A stretch of 64,000 nt of DNA from Orbicella franksi (lineage: Eukaryota). Of the stretch, positions 62,301-64,000 are shown in pieces. The translations under genes were made by a program, and so were the position numbers. Numbering within the stretch: the first letter of the stretch is position 1; every line of letters starts with the position of its first letter. The notes beneath the pieces were generated by a model. It saw only the letters and a program-made list of their open reading frames with translations, made no database searches and was not told where the DNA came from. Location: positions 23,746,001 to 23,810,000 of the forward strand of contig OZ116698.1 of assembly GCA_964199315.1 (NCBI GenBank). The letters are read 5' to 3'.

Positions 62301-62857
62301 TTTTCGTAACTACGGTTGTCTTTGATGAGGGTAACATTCGTTGCAGGATTACCCTCGGATTTTACCTCAAGTTGATCTATAAAATTTAGTTGTTATTTCA
62401 ATCTAGTGTACAACGACGACGGTGTGTTAGAGGTTTCCCGTACAAGACAAGTCACTAAACTAGAAATTCCAGTTCGCCGAGCTAAAGGTGCCCTTGGTGA
62501 CGTCACAGTGCACTGGTCTCTCTATCAGAACGAGTCATCGCGAGTGGAACTGCTATGGCCGTCATCCGGGAAAGTAACTTTGTCAGATGGACAGTGGAAT
62601 GATTCTTTTATCGTCAGCGTGGACAACGAGGAAGAAGCGCCAGAGAGCGTGGTCTGGGTCCAACTGGATAAGACAACAGGTGGTGCCGTGCTAGCGTCAC
62701 GTGATCAAACCACAGCTAAGATTTTGATCGCTGGTAACGAGAGGTCTGGTACGAGCTGGATATGGATTGTGACTGGTGTCTGTTCAGGCTCGCTGTTCAT
62801 TTTGTTAGTTGTGGTTCTTGTGTGGTGGGTGAGGAGAAAGTGGCAAAAGTCAGAAAG
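34225..62857 (+). CDS. Gene B, spliced model using first exon B5 (3' end outside window): >=6,720-aa LLT/vitellogenin-N domain + FN3-like repeats + Calx-beta + TM protein
   Basis: Twelve exons join in frame through GT-AG junctions: 34225-34413, 37655-37904, 38487-50549, 51001-52622, 53409-54042, 54462-55001, 55536-55725, 56326-59671, 60063-60566, 60820-61037, 61500-61654, 62407-62857 (20,162 nt). Last visible exon ends in a phase-2 donor. Confidence 0.85.
35112..35433 (+). repeat. tRNA-containing repeat (251-bp unit plus ~71-bp direct repeat) inserted in cassette 5 intron
   Basis: 35112-35182 is repeated at 35363-35433 around a tRNA-like sequence; absent at the homologous site of cassettes 2 and 3. 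Confidence 0.75.
35242..35314 (+). tRNA. tRNA-Thr(GGT)-like sequence, probably repeat-derived
   Basis: GGCTTCA acceptor stem pairs with TGAAGCC; intact A box and TTCGAAT T-loop; anticodon GGT; anticodon stem has a mismatch. Confidence 0.5.
35611..35905. repeat. 60-bp minisatellite, ~5 copies
   Basis: caaacgc(g/a)caatatagtgcctcggtggttcacccctacaccttttctcgtataaatagct repeats with period 60. Confidence 0.95.
37655..37904 (+). CDS. Gene B exon 2 (first constant exon), LLT/vitellogenin-N beta region; absent from ORF track
   Basis: Acceptor aaattttcacacag; VDVIPSLRDY...LSKPFYFQQEEHGPVTEVLYPKDTESPEIAAFKK|GIAGAFQLNL resembles the LLTP pattern L..PF.F....G.V..V...D....N.KRGI.S.LQ. Phase 0-1 bridges B1-B5 to exon 3. 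Confidence 0.88.
38487..50549 (+). CDS. Gene B exon 3, single 12,063-nt exon: LLT domain, helical region, propeller-like region, FN3-like repeats
   Basis: ORF 38369..50557 (4062 aa); acceptor tattgtatggtgacag, donor G/gtatgt; EHDDSG motif resembles the E.D.SG motif of vitellogenin-N. Confidence 0.93.
51001..52622 (+). CDS. Gene B exon 4 (FN3-like repeats, RRRR site)
   Basis: Acceptor tatgttacag, donor AAG/gtaact, phase 1-0. Confidence 0.9.
53409..54042 (+). CDS. Gene B exon 5 (FN3-like)
   Basis: Phase 0-1, within ORF 53394..54065. Confidence 0.85.
54462..55001 (+). CDS. Gene B exon 6 (FN3-like)
   Basis: Phase 1-1, 540 nt, donor G/gtatga. Confidence 0.85.
55227..55570 (+). repeat. 172-bp tandem duplication spanning the gene B exon 7 splice acceptor
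   Basis: 55227-55398 is nearly identical to 55399-55570; both contain tttctcttacag/gattggaccttgagagc. Confidence 0.92.
55536..55725 (+). CDS. Gene B exon 7 (FN3-like)
   Basis: Acceptor tttctcttacag, donor AG/gtactg, phase 1-2. A duplicate acceptor lies 172 bp upstream. Confidence 0.8.
56326..59671 (+). CDS. Gene B exon 8 (FN3-like, FG-GAP-like, Cys-rich CxxC module)
   Basis: Acceptor ttttttttcgcag, donor CAG/gtaaca, phase 2-0; contains ORF 56516..59737. Confidence 0.9.
60063..60566 (+). CDS. Gene B exon 9
   Basis: 504 nt phase 0-0; SDPESAVTSYEVAWGT FN3-like motif. Confidence 0.85.
60820..61037 (+). CDS. Gene B exon 10
   Basis: Acceptor ctttccatcccgcag, donor TG/gtaggt, phase 0-2. Confidence 0.82.
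61145..61330 (+). mobile_element. SINE-like interspersed repeat fragment
   Basis: gtgggttgatttt...gagggtttttctctggattttcccgttttcc block resembles metazoan SINE central domains; recognised from memory, not searched. Confidence 0.35.
61500..61654 (+). CDS. Gene B exon 11, GPS-like VCHLTQF motif
   Basis: Phase 2-1, donor C/gtaagt. Confidence 0.82.
62407..62857 (+). CDS. Gene B exon 12: Calx-beta domain + transmembrane helix + basic stop-transfer
   Basis: VRRAKGALGDVTVHW...SGKVTLSDGQ...VQLDKTTGGAVL matches the Calx-beta pattern; WIWIVTGVCSGSLFILLVVVLVWWV followed by RRKWQK. Confidence 0.85.
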
Positions 62858-64000
62858 GTAATTTTCAGCGAGTCCTTTCCATTTTTGCACCTTTGAATTG
62901 AACTCTTACTGAATTGAATTATACATAAAACCAGTTAAACTAAGTTCACTTTCAAGGTTATCATTTGGACCACGGAAAACTTGATCTTTTCTTAGTTATC
63001 TCGTAGCACTAAATTTTTGCGGGAGTTTACTTTTGCGAATCGACGATTTTTTTGTATTTTGCAGGAACTAATTTTTGTGATTGTAATAGACTGTTTTTTT
63101 TTTTGTTTTTTTTTTTTGCTGGGCAGTAATTTTTGCGATTTTCGGGAAGTCGCGTTTAATTGACATTACGACATTTTCGCACTTTTTAAATTAAACTACA
63201 TGCAATTAACAAGTGAGACAACATGCATAGAGATATAAAACACAGTAATCTAATAATCGGTGTCACTATCAAAATTACATCGTTCTCTTGTGTGGAATTG
63301 TAGATGCTCTTCTCAATGGAGTATCTTTAGACGCTCCTTTCCTGTAAACCTGTTTTATTTCTGAACGTTTTGTTTCTCATTTCATCGTTTTGTTTCTGAA
63401 CGAAAGAGACGTTTCAAATAAACGTCAGCAACAAGATCCTATTTATGATGTTTGTATGCATAGTTTCGCCAGTGGAGTAAATGTTTGCGGGAATTATTTT
63501 TTGGCGGGAACCTTTTTTAGCCGGTCATAAAAAAATGGTGCTTTTTTGGTTTCATCGCATTTTAAAAGTTTTTTTTAATTTTGGGCAAGGCTCGAGTTAG
63601 ATCTTAGACGATGATTTTCCGTATTGTCTCTTAGGCAGGACTATATATATCTTATTAGATGTTTTGGTGTGTAGTATCGCTGTATATTTTTACGAGTTGT
63701 GCGGTATTTTGACGAGCCCGTAGGGCGAGTCAAATGCAAACAACGAGTAAAAGTATACAACGATACTGCACACTAAAACATCTAATAAGAGATAAATTAT
63801 CCAACTGCTGTAGTCAATAAATTTATCAATGAAAGAGGGAGAGTGTGACGGTTTTGCGTGCGCTCGCCGACCTGTACGGTAAACAGGTTTGCTACTATAC
63901 AAATACGGCAAACAGGTTTTCTACGTACAATATCGCTGTATATTTGTACTGTTATTTGGACGGTATTCGCTGCATTTGGATGATAGATCCGCATACTAAC

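Overview
Eukaryotic (animal) genomic DNA with GT-AG introns, AT-rich introns and one N-gap (28902-29048). The repeat and gene content looks like a stony coral or related cnidarian (inference). Two giant, divergently transcribed genes fill the window. Gene A (minus strand, constant exons 13573->690, about 2,741 aa with first exon A1) is predicted to be secreted: signal peptide, W-poly-Arg, TSP1, EGF, Ca-EGF, Cys-rich repeats, a disintegrin-like motif and about 19 FN3-like repeats. Gene B (plus strand, constant exons 37655->62857 and beyond, at least 6,720 aa) is predicted to be a type I membrane protein: vitellogenin/large-lipid-transfer (LLT) N-domain, long helical region, about 27-30 FN3-like repeats, FG-GAP-like region, GPS-like HLT motif, Calx-beta and a TM helix. 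The main discovery lies between them (16.3-34.4 kb): five tandem head-to-head cassettes, each carrying one intact first exon for gene A and one intact first exon for gene B. All ten exons end in GT donors whose phase matches the single shared exon 2 of the respective gene. This suggests a two-sided, protocadherin-like promoter-choice array producing matched variant pairs (Ai+Bi). Spacers and introns hold Penelope-like retroelement fragments with hammerhead motifs, MITEs, a tRNA-derived repeat and a minisatellite. All exon models were built by hand from splice signals and reading frame; no expression data were available.
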